Shown here piece after piece: positions 41,353-53,696 of a stretch of 64,000 nt of DNA. Position numbers and translations under genes: made by a program. The notes beneath the pieces are model-generated. The model searched no databases. It was not told the DNA's origin and saw nothing but the letters and a program-made list of their open reading frames with translations. Where the stretch lies: the NCBI GenBank assembly GCA_051362555.1, contig CM120643.1, positions 10,106,001 to 10,170,000 on the forward strand, written 5' to 3'. Origin of the DNA: Lingula anatina. Its lineage: Eukaryota > Animalia > Brachiopoda. Positions within the stretch are counted from its first letter, which is position 1. Each line of letters begins with the position of its first letter.

Positions 41353-42343
41353 AGACAGTCTCAGTGGGTTAGATTAATGTATAGAAGCAGGTTCTATGTA
41401 AAACTTTGATCAGATTTGTGTTTTGTGAGATTGTTTATTATTATATTAATAAGTCTGGGTCACAAAAGTCCTGTTAAGACAACTAGAATAAAGAATTAGA
41501 AAACGAAAACTATTTATCATGATTTCGGAGCACAGCCAGAAGTACTTCCGGCTCAAGGTCACGACCTCGAATTTCCCACGCTTACGACCAATCACAGCAG
41601 GCTTCAGTCAGAATGAGATAGACGTCACGACTACACAGCGAAACTTGTCAGACATGTAAGTGCCGCCTGTCCATCTTTTCGGTACATGTACCGATCAAAA
41701 ACAGAAAACGTAAAGCCCAAAACGCTCTTATACACGTAACCAACTTTGTGTGAGCACAAATATTGTCATTTATTGTGAACAGGATAATATGATAATCAGA
41801 CACACTTGAGACCTGTGAAGCGCATACTCACGTGTCGAGGAGTAGTTTCGCCATTGCCTCGTATGTGAGTCCTAACTCAGCTTTAAGTGTCCTCCACCGC
41901 CCCACCTCCCTCCCAACATACACAGTCTGAGTGCTTCTTCGTCTGTCTCTAATTTTCTTTCGTATCTTTCGAACTGGAGTGGCTATTTTCTTTCGTCCCC
42001 TCTGGTCGCTCTCCTCTTCAAACTTGACGCGCGTCTGAGCCATGTTTGCTGTTTTGGCGCCAAATAGTAACATCCGGGTCTCAGCCGTAGTACTTCATTC
42101 ATAGTAAACCGTGAGACTTAGCGAGAAATTGCGCGTTCTGAAGCCGCACTGTGAGGTGGTAGCTGAGTATTTAAGATGAGTCGTCTTTTATTATTTAATG
42201 GAACTTAAAAACGGTATTAGGTAGCTTCATTTTCTGAACGATTTTGGATAGGATATACCTTGGTCATTATGGGGAAATTGGTGAGATTTCTAGGAAAATT
42301 CATTTTCGTGCTATTTTAAGGGTTTAACGCGCTGAGACTGTCT
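41353..42343. mobile_element. Kolobok-like element containing short ORF 41828..42073
   Basis: TIR AGACAGTCTCAG / CTGAGACTGTCT, TTAA TSD. Confidence 0.75.
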
Positions 42344-42859
42344 TTAAACTTTTTAAATGAATTATTTAATATGGGCTAGTGTTTTTTGGTTCGGGCTAGT
42401 AAAGTTTGAGAGTCTGCTAGCCCGAAGGGCTAGTAGTCTAAAATGTTTTTGGCACAGACTGGAGTCCTATGTGATTCTTATAGTGTATATAAGAGTCCTG
42501 TAGGAGTACCAAAGGACATTTTTGTGGGGTATACATTTTCAGGTAACATTCTTATGTTATAAAAGGTAATTCAAGACTTAAAGGAGACCAGGAAAGGAAA
42601 ATGCTTTGCAAAAAATTAATAAGTAAATAGTCCAAGGACTTTTTGACAGTGGCTCATATATGTTAATGTAGCAACCTCAGGTTGCATTCACAACTAACAG
42701 ATTTGGGGATCAAATATAACCAACCCACTTGAAAGCTTCCTGTGAAATCCCTATTCATTGCCTGTTAGAGGGTTATGTGGTAAGCTTTCAAGCGTTTTGG
42801 CCAAATTTAAACTGCGGATCTGCTAGGCTGCAGATCAACTTCTTCTGCATGTGACCTTG

Positions 42860-43324
42860 GACTGGGTTCCTATACTAAGATCGATCCATCTGGATCAACC
42901 TAACTCTCTGGGGGTTCACAGTAAATTGCTATCAGCTCAAGAGGCTTAGGCTGTATTCCTAGAGCTTTTAGATCGATCTATCCCCGCGGGGAGTCTCACT
43001 AGATTTCTGTCAGATAATCCGGCTTAAATGTCCGTCCCGCCTACTACAAGCTGTAAGGGGGTGATTAACTTTCGTGTCCGCCCGGCTGACAGCTATTTAG
43101 CGTAAACCCCCAGGGAGTTAGGTCGATCTAAAGTAGATCGATCTAATCTCTGGAAATGGGGTCTTAAATGTCTGTCACACCTACCAAGTCAGCTAGGGGT
43201 AAAGATAATTACCCCCTAACAGTTTTACTAGGCATGACAGACATTTAAGCCTGTCAGTTTGATAGCAATTTAATGAGACTCCCCAGGGAGATAGATAGAT
43301 CCAAATATCTGTCGGAATGGTCCC
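42860..43324. mobile_element. Harbinger/Tourist-like MITE with a second family member nested inside (42949-43163)
   Basis: Inner copy flanked by TTA TSD; outer halves match the family. Confidence 0.78.
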
Positions 43325-43385
43325 TTAGATATATTTTATCCTAAATCACCATTCTGTCTTAACAGGTGGACCTTGAATTGAAAAG

Positions 43386-43496
43386 ATGGCTGATGAAGTG
43401 GAGTCCGATGATGATTTTGATGTCATTCTGCCCTCTTTGATCAAGCAATTTCAAAATATCCTACGCAGATATCCAGATAATGGACAAATTCTTAAG
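43386..43496 (+). CDS. Sacsin-like gene B, coding exon 1
   Basis: Acceptor TTAACAG| at 43365, ATG 43386, donor AAG|GTGAG; 104/111 nt identical to gene A exon 1 by manual comparison. Confidence 0.9.
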
Positions 43497-43552
43497 GTGA
43501 GCTTACACAGTGCTGTTAGGCATTTAATGCATCAGAATTTTACATGTATGCC

Positions 43553-45818
43553 CAGGGTACGAAATGAGGACCGTCCGGCAGCCCGGGACGGCTCAGTTAT
43601 CACTCGGGTGATCTCTTTCCAAAAGTCAGTCCGTCTGTCTGGCCATTTTCTGGCCTCTAAAATAATTTTATGTCAATATGCACGTTCATATTAAGCAGAT
43701 TAGGTTGAAATAAAACGAAAACAATGAAGCTCACCCTTCAAGAAATCGACACTCGAACCAAATGAATGAAAACCGAAAGTAGGTCATACGTGCTTGTGAC
43801 ACCTTTTTTCCCTGTCATGCTTTGCGAAAAGACCCTTCACCGTGTTATGAAACGTCTGATACAAAGTATCAAACCTGGCATTTATATGCTTGTTTACGAG
43901 ACAAATAATGAACGATGTGTGGTCATTCAAGTTCAGAACAACACTATCTCATCTAATTACGCAGTTTAAGTTTTGATTCTTCTGTAATCTGTAATTGTAA
44001 GATGTCTTTCTCATAAAAAAATTAAGTAACGACGCACGTGGATTCCGCAGTCAGGATTACCCCTGTCGCAGTCTACTCTCTATAAGTATTTTGGTGCTAA
44101 TAATGAATGTGATGCCCCAGCATGTAAGAAAAGTTATCAGACTGCAGTCAAATAAAGTGTATGATGACACCAAAGCAGGGCTCCACAGGTAAATATTAAG
44201 TTCGGAAAAGTGAATTTGCAGGGTGGGCTGTTATGTTTTATCAGAACTTAAGAACAAAAATCTTGGAAAAAGAAATTTTTGTTGCTTACTAACGTCTTCT
44301 CATCTCCTGGATGGCATTAAAAAGAGTGACCTACATTGGTACAAAACACATGTGGTCCCAAAACGAAGTCTAAGCAAACTTACTGCCAAATATTGAAGGT
44401 GAACACCTTCCAGAACTTCACAAGACAAAATTTATTCACATAACAGGCTGACTACCGAATTTTCATTTGTTTTAAAATCTACGTGCTCTAGTAATTAAGA
44501 CCGTTCTTAAAATAGAAACTACACAAGTACGGGTACAACAGCCAGATTGGACTGGATGAACTGGATGTATTTAGTTTGTTGTCAAGGCAACATACTGCCT
44601 GTCAATCAAATGTGTTGCACACTATCCCCTCACAATCATTTGAAGTTGGAAAGTTGGGACTGAAGATCTTGTTGAAATGTTGTTTATTTGCATAACCTGA
44701 AATTTTGTTAGATGTTTTATTTAATGACTCTAGCACCACCTGTGTTATTGACAGTTCAAAATTTAGTGCTGGAATTTGATAAATTAGCAATGCTGTCAAA
44801 ATTGTGATATTGATGTAAGGAAGAAAATTAATAAAAATATGAGAATTTAAATGAAAAGAAGGGGAAATTTTGACTGATTTTATTTAATTCATATATTTAA
44901 AAAAATCAAACACATGTTACCCCTAAAGAAAGCAACTTGTTAATATTAATATCAATTTAAAAACTTTAATATTAGTGATATTTATATAAGTAAACTATTA
45001 TACAATGAATATTCTTTAATTTTTAATGACATTTATTCAAATATAATACATTTTGAATATTTTAATAAAATGTTATCAAATTTCAGATTTACAATAAGTG
45101 GACCCTGTACCCCAAACCCTGGGAAAAGCCCTGATCAAAACCATGTTAAATCAGACTTCTATGCAAGATTTAATATTCAGGAGTTCACAAGTATAAAAAA
45201 ACGACTTTATCTAAAAAAAAAAAAAATCCACTGCATTTTCCAGGCTCATTTGACTGAATATCTTGGTAATAAATATATTACATGTATATATTACACATAT
45301 TTATGTTTACAAAGTTCACCGAGAGGTATGAATGGAAAAAAATTTGGCTTTGTTGGACAGATTGGATTCAAAATAGGACACGTCAAATTTATCCAACTGT
45401 CCAAAGGACAGGTGCTCATTAAAGTTAGTGTCTAGCCCTGCAAAAGGAAAAGATCAGTTGTGCCATCATGGAAAACTGAATTTTCCTGGTTAATTTGCGA
45501 TGAGACTGATAGTAAAAACGTCATTTGTAACAAGTGGGTTATGCAACTAGACTCTGATTATGACAGTCACATGCAGTAAATCAGACTTCTGATTTGGGTT
45601 CAGATCTTAACGTTTCAGATGCTGACAGCAAAGAATCTACTTGAATAAATCCACTTTGAGACAAAGAGTCCTTGTTTCAATATCGTTCTTGCCTGCAATT
45701 GGTTAAATCAGGTGATTTTTTTAAAATCAGGACTGGCTACTTTTGGTCAGGGCTGGCTACTTTTCAAAGTTGCCAGCCCTGCTGTCCGGCTTCAAATTTA
45801 TACGAATTTCATACCCTG
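43553..45818. mobile_element. hAT-like element with apparent 7-bp TSD (GTATGCC/GAATGCC), containing a nested CAGGGCT..AGCCCTG element at 44176-45440
   Basis: TIR CAGGGTACGAAAT / ATTTCATACCCTG. Confidence 0.6.
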
Positions 45819-46422
45819 GAATGCCACAACAAAAGGGGGTAAAAATTGCAAAGATTTTGCTAAAAACCTTTCAGCCTTCTGGTCTAGGGCACCATGGGCT
45901 GAGGACTTACTGGCCCATTGAACCAGGACCACTGGGCAGTGAACTGAACTAATTTACACAATGACAGTTATGCTTGCACTTTATAGACACATGCCCTTAG
46001 GTGCATGTATATAAATTATATTCTGATCACTGTGTCTATTTATGGGATCTCCATCAGCAAGGCATCATTTTATGATCTCATGTTTCGGGCATTGCCTCTG
46101 CATTTGGTTGATATTATATTTTCATTTTTATTTCTCTTTGAAATTATTTATTTCTCTGAGGTAAGGCATTATAGACCAATACCGTGCATGCATACTACAT
46201 ACATATACTGGTCTTGTGAGTAGTTTTTTTGTTTCTTTCTTTTTTTTTTTTTTTTTTTTTTTTTGCTGGAGTGGGGATGTTAGAATGAGTATATAAGTGT
46301 CCTTTATAAAATTTCCCAAAAGGTGTCTTCTGGCTTGGGGGGGATGCAGGTCAACACATTATTATTAAATGCTTTGATATTTGATTTTAATGCATGCTAA
46401 TCCAGTTTTTTAATCCTTTTAG

Positions 46423-46548
46423 GAAATAATTCAGAATGCTGAGGATGCTGGGGCCACAGTGGTGAAGTTTTTGTATGATGACTGCTGCCATCTGGTGGAT
46501 GGTGATGACACTGGGGGATTTAGCCATCCTGGTCTCAAGGAATTTCAG
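46423..46548 (+). CDS. Sacsin-like gene B, coding exon 2
   Basis: CTTTTAG| and |GTATGA boundaries; EIIQNAEDAG motif. Confidence 0.93.
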
Positions 46549-46805
46549 GTATGACTTTAGAGTTAAGGTGGGTTAAACATGGATTAATTTCATGACGGAA
46601 AGCTAAATTTCCCTGAAGAGTGGGTTGGAGGAAGTAATATTATTTTATACTCAACCAAAAAGTATATTTCATACTTGAATTCTGAACATTGCTACCTTTG
46701 AGCAATTTCCCATTAAATTAATTAAAATGAAACATATTTCAGTGCAAGGGAGGGAAATTTTATGTTATAATCTGTATTATATCATAGAAGTACACTGTAG
46801 GAAGT

Positions 46806-47983
46806 CAGGCCTATCCAACTACCAGACTTGGCACTGAATGATCCTGAATTCACCGGTAGATCAGATCACACTACCCATTTTCAAGGTGTGCGTCAGTATG
46901 CATTTCACAGAATCGTACCCCAGAACAGATTTGAGATAAGATGCATTACTTTCCAACCCTGCTCAAAATCATTGCTATCACAACGCATACTAGGCCAGTG
47001 ATCATTTTACCTTTAAAGATTATGAGTCCAACAGGATGCACATGATATTGAACAATGGGTCCCTGCCGATTGTGATGGGTCCCTGTCATTTTGAACAATA
47101 AAGGTTAACACAAAACTAACAATTTGTTACTTTTATTTTTTCAAGTTTCTTTATTTATGGCTAATTTGTGATCTGACAAGGCTGCGTGTCTCACAAGGGT
47201 AGAGTTTTGATAATTTCTGTTCTGAGCATTTTTCACCATCCAATTACGTTTATTTGCCAATGTACATGCATCACAATACATGAAATCAGTCCCATCCTCT
47301 CTTTTTTTTTTTTTTTTTTTTTTGATACCTTAACCTAAGCCTAGGGCTTTGTCCAGTGTTGTTTGAAGGAACGGATTTTCCTTTTTGACTCCATTTTGGC
47401 CTCCGTCAAACATTCATCTGCGTCACTCTCACTCTCAGCCTCAACGGCAGTCACAGCGATTACTGTCTCAGAAATTTTCTCGAACTCCGCTTGACTCTGT
47501 CTCACCTTAAATATATTCAATATTGTCTGTTGGCTACTGTCTCATAATAATTGCTTTTTCGGAGGGATGGTCGCTGAGCAGACGAACACGCTGCGCAAAA
47601 TCTATTTTAGTCGAAAATAGGTCAAGTAGAGTGGAGTGTGCAAAGCAGACGAACAGTTTTGCCATTGCTATTGTAACATTCAATACAACAACGGGAAAAT
47701 GAACATGATTAACCTAGTTTAATGACTAGTATTTTATGCAGATCAGCGATGCATATGGACAGGTTATTTACGAATCTCACACAATTTAAAATCTTTGCGT
47801 CCATGGGGACGCATATGCTATAAAACTGCGTCTACAGTAAAAATTGTGCGTCAGGGACGCGGGACGCAGAGGTAAAATGATCACTGCTAGGCAAGAGCGG
47901 TGTACTGACTGACATACACCTTGGAAATGGGTAGTGTGAATTCACGATCATCCAGTGCCAAGTCTTATAGTTGGGTAGGCCTG
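46806..47983. mobile_element. CAG..CTG element with ~100-bp imperfect TIRs and 5-bp TSD GAAGT; hosts 46996-47886 (TIR CAGTGATCATTTTACC, 6-bp TSD CTAGGC)
   Basis: Inverted termini and exact TSDs read directly. Confidence 0.75.
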
Positions 47984-49218
47984 GAAGTGAATTGCCTGGA
48001 GGTTTATTGTCCGGTGTGTGTTAACGAGTGGGATTGACAAATTTAGCTACAGACTTTAGCCTGTCACCCTTGTAAATCCACAGAGTAATCTGATAACTTG
48101 TGAGATCACACAGGAACAAAATGGCACTTTAACCAGATTCAAAATGGCACATTAAAGGGACAAATTTCTTTTTGGTGACGAGTAAGACAATATCTTAGCA
48201 GAATATCATATAGTTTAGAGTAACAATTATGTCGTGGAGATTGAAGAAACATCAAAGTATGTTAATAAGTATTTTATGAAGTTTATGATGCATGTACTTT
48301 GTGTTTTTATAATGTGTAGCTCATTGATCATGTGGCAATTATATACACTGTATATGGTACACTGTAATTACTCAATCTTTTCAATGGAGGGAAATAGTGA
48401 ATTTTACAGATACTTAATTATCTTAAGTCATAATTTCTTAATATTAGAATATTTGTATTGAGTTGTAGCAAAAAAGAAAATAAAAGCAGGCTACTCTATA
48501 CTTCCATTCTATGCAGTAAAAGCACCAAAAATGCTGCATAGATCGACACGTAAATTTTGTGATTATATAATTATGTATCTGAAAGTTTGATGAAATTTTT
48601 ACCCGTTGAAAAAATGGAGGAATTACCATGGTATATACTGGGTTCTGGGACATAGGCACAGCAGAATAAAGAAAATAATTCTGTACACTGTAGATCTGAC
48701 ATATAGTGATTACCAGAATTAAGTCAAAATTCACAGGTAAATTGCCTTTTATTGATAAATTCCTATGAAAATATAAATTTAGATAAAGCTTTTGTGTGGG
48801 TTTCAATTAATATTCTTTAATATGGACAAAGGAGTTGTAGTTCAATACTATTGATCAGCAGTAAAAAAAATCTGCCTAGCATTTCAGAGCTGCATTTTCC
48901 AACCATCTGAGAGATACATTTTTATACCAGATATGCTTTTGCCAAATATGGTGAAAGTGTTTTGCTTATTTTTTAGTTTTTATTTTACCAAACTCAAATT
49001 ATTGTTGAGTGGTAGCTTGATCCCAGTATATACATGTATAGTGTAGATACATGCATGAACATGTATACATACCCGGTAGCTACATGTAGGTATATATAGA
49101 GAGAAAGAGAGGGTGTGTTTGTGTGAGAGAAAGAGAGTGGAAGAGTCAGACAGACAGAACAGTATTATTATTCTTACAAATTCTTTGTCTATTTGATCCT
49201 AGTAAATTATCATTTCAG

Positions 49219-49366
49219 GGCCCCTCGTTATTTGCATACAATGATGCAGTTTTCACCAAAGAAGACTGGAAAGGCATCTGTATGATAGATGACAGTATAA
49301 AAGAGGAGGATGCTTTGAAAGTGGGGAGGTTTGGCCTGGGTTTCAAGTCTGTTTTTCATATTACAG
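49219..49366 (+). CDS. Sacsin-like gene B, coding exon 3
   Basis: TTTCAG| and |GTAAC boundaries; 148 nt; GRFGLGFKS motif. Confidence 0.93.
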
Positions 49367-49760
49367 GTAACGGTTCTATTACTGGAAACTAGTTTAAAAT
49401 TTGTACAGAAATGTAAAATGTATATATTACAAAATTAATGGTAGAGCTCTTCTTTTTTAACAATAAAAAACAATCAATATAAAAGTAAGAACAGCAATTT
49501 TGTGAATTGTCCCCAAATCATGTTTCAAACATTCCTAAAGCAATAGGCATTTTGAGATGAACTTATAAGGGCATGGTTTCAGAACCTGAACCTGAAGTAA
49601 CCATCTCTAAGATCACAGAGATCAGTATGAATGAAAAAAATAAAAGGCACATTTTTTTGTAAAAAAAAAAAAAATTCTGTTTTAAAGTAATAGTTACTCT
49701 ATTTTAACGGCTACTGCACAGTAATTGAGAAATTAATTTGATGCAAACTCAGATTTTTAA

Positions 49761-52700
49761 TTGTACCACCAGCGTTAGCGCTGGCGGTACACATGGTTTC
49801 GGTCTCGTCCGGATCGTTCCGCCGGCTCCGCCGGACGGCTACCGTTACCGCTTCTCCTCCTAGACGGTAAGGCCCCCCATACCCATCTCATGGATTTAGG
49901 TCACCTATAATCTCAACTCGTTCCACGTAAAATTTGGGCTTTGTCGGTATTGGGGTCTGGGTGTGGCACTCATTGCAATGCACCCTTGTCCAAAAATGGC
50001 AAAATTAAATGCTAATTATCTACCCTACGGAAGGAGTTACGGGAAAAATTTCTACAGACGGCTTTCCAAAAGTCATATGTGTAGATTTCAAATATACCCT
50101 CGGATTTGACCTTTGACCTTTACTTCAAGGTCAAATGGGCCAAAATTTTCAAAAAAATGAAATTTTTTACGAAAAAAAAATTTTTTGCCCTGTTATTCAG
50201 ACACCACACAGACTTAACCAATAATATTATTGGAAAGTGTTACCCTTCAGGTCATCTTTCATCTCCGTGAATTTGGGGTCAATCGGTGCATTTTCACAGG
50301 AGTAGCGGCCATAAGATACCGAAACTGAAAACTGTCTCTAATTCGGGAACCGTTAATGCTAGAGACCCATTCTTTTTTGCATTTTGTAGAGCATGTAAAG
50401 CCCAACACTGGAGGTGGTCTCGGTTTTTTTGTATTCCATACGGTTTTCGAGTTACGCTGTATCAAAAAGTACATATTGGTGGTGAAAGGAAAATGTACGG
50501 AAGCCCACTGGTGCCATATGTAGAAAAAAAAAATTATCTCGAAATTTCGAGATACTATTTTGAAATTTGAACAAAAAAATTTACCACCAGCGTTAGCGCT
50601 GGCGGTACACATGGTTTCGGTCCCGTCCGGTCCGTTCCGCCGGCTCCGCCGCCATGTTACCGTTACCGCTTCTCCTCCTAGACGGTAAGGGCCCCCGTAC
50701 CCATCTCATGGATTTAGGTCACCTATAATCTCAACTCGGTCTACGTAAAATTTGGGCTTTGTCGGTATTGGGGTCTGGGTGTGGCACTCATTGCAATGCA
50801 CCCTTGTCTAAAAATGGCAAAATTAAATGCTAATTATCTACCCTACAGAAGGAGTTACGGGAAAAATTTCTATAGACGGCTTTCCAAAAGTCATATGTGT
50901 AGATTTCAAATATACCCTCGGATTTGACCTTTGACCTTTACTTCAAGGTCAAATGGGTCAAAATTTTCAAAAAAATGAAATTTTTTACGAAAAAAAAATT
51001 TTTTGCCCTGTTATTCAGACGCCACACAGACTTAACCAATAATATTATTGGAAAGTGTTACCCTTCAGGTCATCTTTCATCTCCGTGAATTTGGGGTCAA
51101 TCGGTGCATTTTCACAGGAGTAGCGGCCATAAGATACCGAAACTGAAAACTGTCTCTAATTCGGGAACCGTTAATGCTAGAGACCCATTCTTTTTTGCAT
51201 TTTGTAGAGCATGTAAAGCCCAACACTGGAGGTGGTCTCAGTTTTTTTGTATTCCATACGGTTTTCGAGTTACGCTGTATCAGAAAGTACATATTGGTGG
51301 TGAAAGGAAAATGTACGGAAGCCGACTGGTGCCATATGTAGAAAAAAAAATTATCTCGAAATTTCGAGATACTATTTTGAAATTTGAACAAAAAAAATTT
51401 TTATCTCGAAATTTCGAGATAGCATTTTGAAATTTGAACAGAAAAAAAATTATCTCGAAATTTCGAGATAGCATTTTGATATTTGAGCAAAAAAATTTAT
51501 CTCGAAATTTCGAGATAGTATTTTGAAATTTGAACAAAAAAAATGCTATCTCGAAATTTCGAGATAATTTTTTTTTTCAACATATGGCACCAGTCGGCTT
51601 CCGTAAAAATGTGCAGTACGGTAATGGATGATAAATTTTGAACTCCGGAAAAATAAAACATAATGCTTGGCAAAGCAGACAACTTGTGGTCAAAAATGAC
51701 ATTATTTTATCAAATTTAAACTTCTGCAACTTCAGAGAACCTCCCATTTCAAGAACTTTGACCAAAATGACCTTTTCTTTATTTTAATTAATTTTTTCTG
51801 TAGGAAATTTATGGCACATTATGGTAACTCCAAAATTATAACATTTAGTCCCTTATATCTCCAAAACTGGCAGAGATAGGTCCATAGTTACTATTGAAGT
51901 TGAATAGGAAGTCATATACTGGCAATCTTACTGTGACCTTGACATTGACCTTTGACCTACTTTTCACCATGAACTGAACTTTGCAAATTTTGCTTCCCTT
52001 TTATCTCCAAAACTGGCAGAGATAGGTCCATAGTTACTATTGAAGTTGAATAGGAAGTCATATACTGGCAATCTTACTGTGACCTTGAAATTGACCTTTG
52101 ACCTACTTATCACCATGAACTGAACTTTGCAAATTTTGCTTCCCTTTTATCTCCAAAACTGGCAGAGATAGGTCCATAGTTACTATTGAACTTGAATAGG
52201 AAGTCATATACTGGCAATTTTACTGTGACCTTGAAATTGACCTTTGACCTACTTTTCACCTTGAACTGAACTTTGCAAAATTTGCTTCCCTTTTATCTCC
52301 AAAACTGGCAGAGATAGGTCCATAGTTACTATTGAACTTGCATAGGAAGTCATATACTGGCAATTTTACTGTGACCTTGAAATTGACCTTTGACCTACTT
52401 ATCACCATGAACTGAACTTTGCAAATTTTGCTTCCCTTTTATCTCCAAAACTGGCAGAGATAGGTCCATAGTTACTATTGAACTTGAATAGGAAGTCATA
52501 TACTGGCAATTTTACTGTGACCTTGAAATTGACCTTTGACCTACTTTTCACCTTGAACTGAACTTTGCAAAATTTGCTTCCCTTTTATCTCCAAAACTGG
52601 CAGAGATAGGTCCATAGTTACTATTGAACTTGCATAGGAAGTCATATACTGGCAATTTTACTGTGACCTTGAAATTGACCTTTGACCTTCTTTTCACCAT

Positions 52701-53342
52701 GAACTGAACTTTGCAAATTTTGCTTCCCTTTTATCTCCAAAACTGGCAGAGATAGGTCCATAGTTACTATTGAAGTTGAATAGGAAGTCATATACTGGCA
52801 ATCTAAATGTGACCTTGAAATTGACCTTTGACCTACTTTTCACCATGAACTGAACTTTGCAAATTTTGCTTCCCTTTTATCTCCAAAACTGGCAGAGATA
52901 GGTCCATAGTTACTATTGAAGTTGAATAGGAAGTCATATACTGGCAATCTTACTGTGACCTTGAAATTGACCTTTGACCTACTTTTCACCATGAACTGAA
53001 CTTTGCAAATTTTGCTTCCCTTTTATCTCCAAAACTGGCAGAGATAGGTCCATAGTTACTATTGAAGTTGGATAGGAAGTCATATACTGGCAATTTACTG
53101 TGACCTTGAAATTGACCTTTGACCTACCTTACAATGAACTTAACTTTGATTGCACCATTTTTAGTTATATATATTTTTTGCATATTTTGAAAATTCTTGT
53201 TGATTGCATTTTTACAGCTTGTCAAGCACAAGACTGGTGGCTGCACCCCTTATTTTGTGTATGTGGGGGTCTATACGAATGCGCTTGCTCCAGCTGGTGG
53301 TACAATATTCGGAGGCGGTATCGCCTCTCTGATCCTCTAGTT
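49761..53342 (+). mobile_element. DINE-1/HINE-like element copy 2 (intron 3 of gene B), with duplicated end, MITE insertion and about 8.7 monomers (51855-53125)
   Basis: Reverse complement of copy 1 with the same termini. Confidence 0.85.
51314..51605. mobile_element. MITE with TIR TACGGAAGCCGACTGGTGCCATATG, internal ~40-bp repeats (palindromic TATCTCGAAATTTCGAGATA), 6-bp TSD AAAATG
   Basis: Perfect TIRs; empty site present in HINE copies 1 and 3. Confidence 0.9.
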
Positions 53343-53696
53343 GGTATATAAAAATGACAGCAATACAAAGATAAGAGCACTGCACTGCACTGCTGTATTT
53401 TGTATATAAAAAATCCTTCCTCAGAATGACCCAAGATTTCTGGTGCTTTAGAACAAAAGTTCACTTTGCCAGTAAGAACTGATATATGCAGTTACATTCA
53501 CATGTATATAATGTATTGTAACAGGTAAAGCAGAATGATTTCAACATTGGTAACACCAACGAAAAATGGTGCCTTGGTCAGTTAGTAATCTCCAATTTTT
53601 TGAAAATAGTTCCCCAATTCTTTGAAAAAATCCCTTGTCCATCAGTTTTACAAACAGGCAGAAGTTCATAAACAAATAAAATTATATTTCTTTCAG

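Larger units (their letters stand above)
38198..42461. mobile_element. hAT-like element hosting MULE-like, AcademH-like and Kolobok-like insertions
   Basis: CAGTCTG / CAGACTG ends, CTAGCCCGAA.GGGCTAG repeats at both ends, TSD GAGTTC/GAGTCC. Confidence 0.6.
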
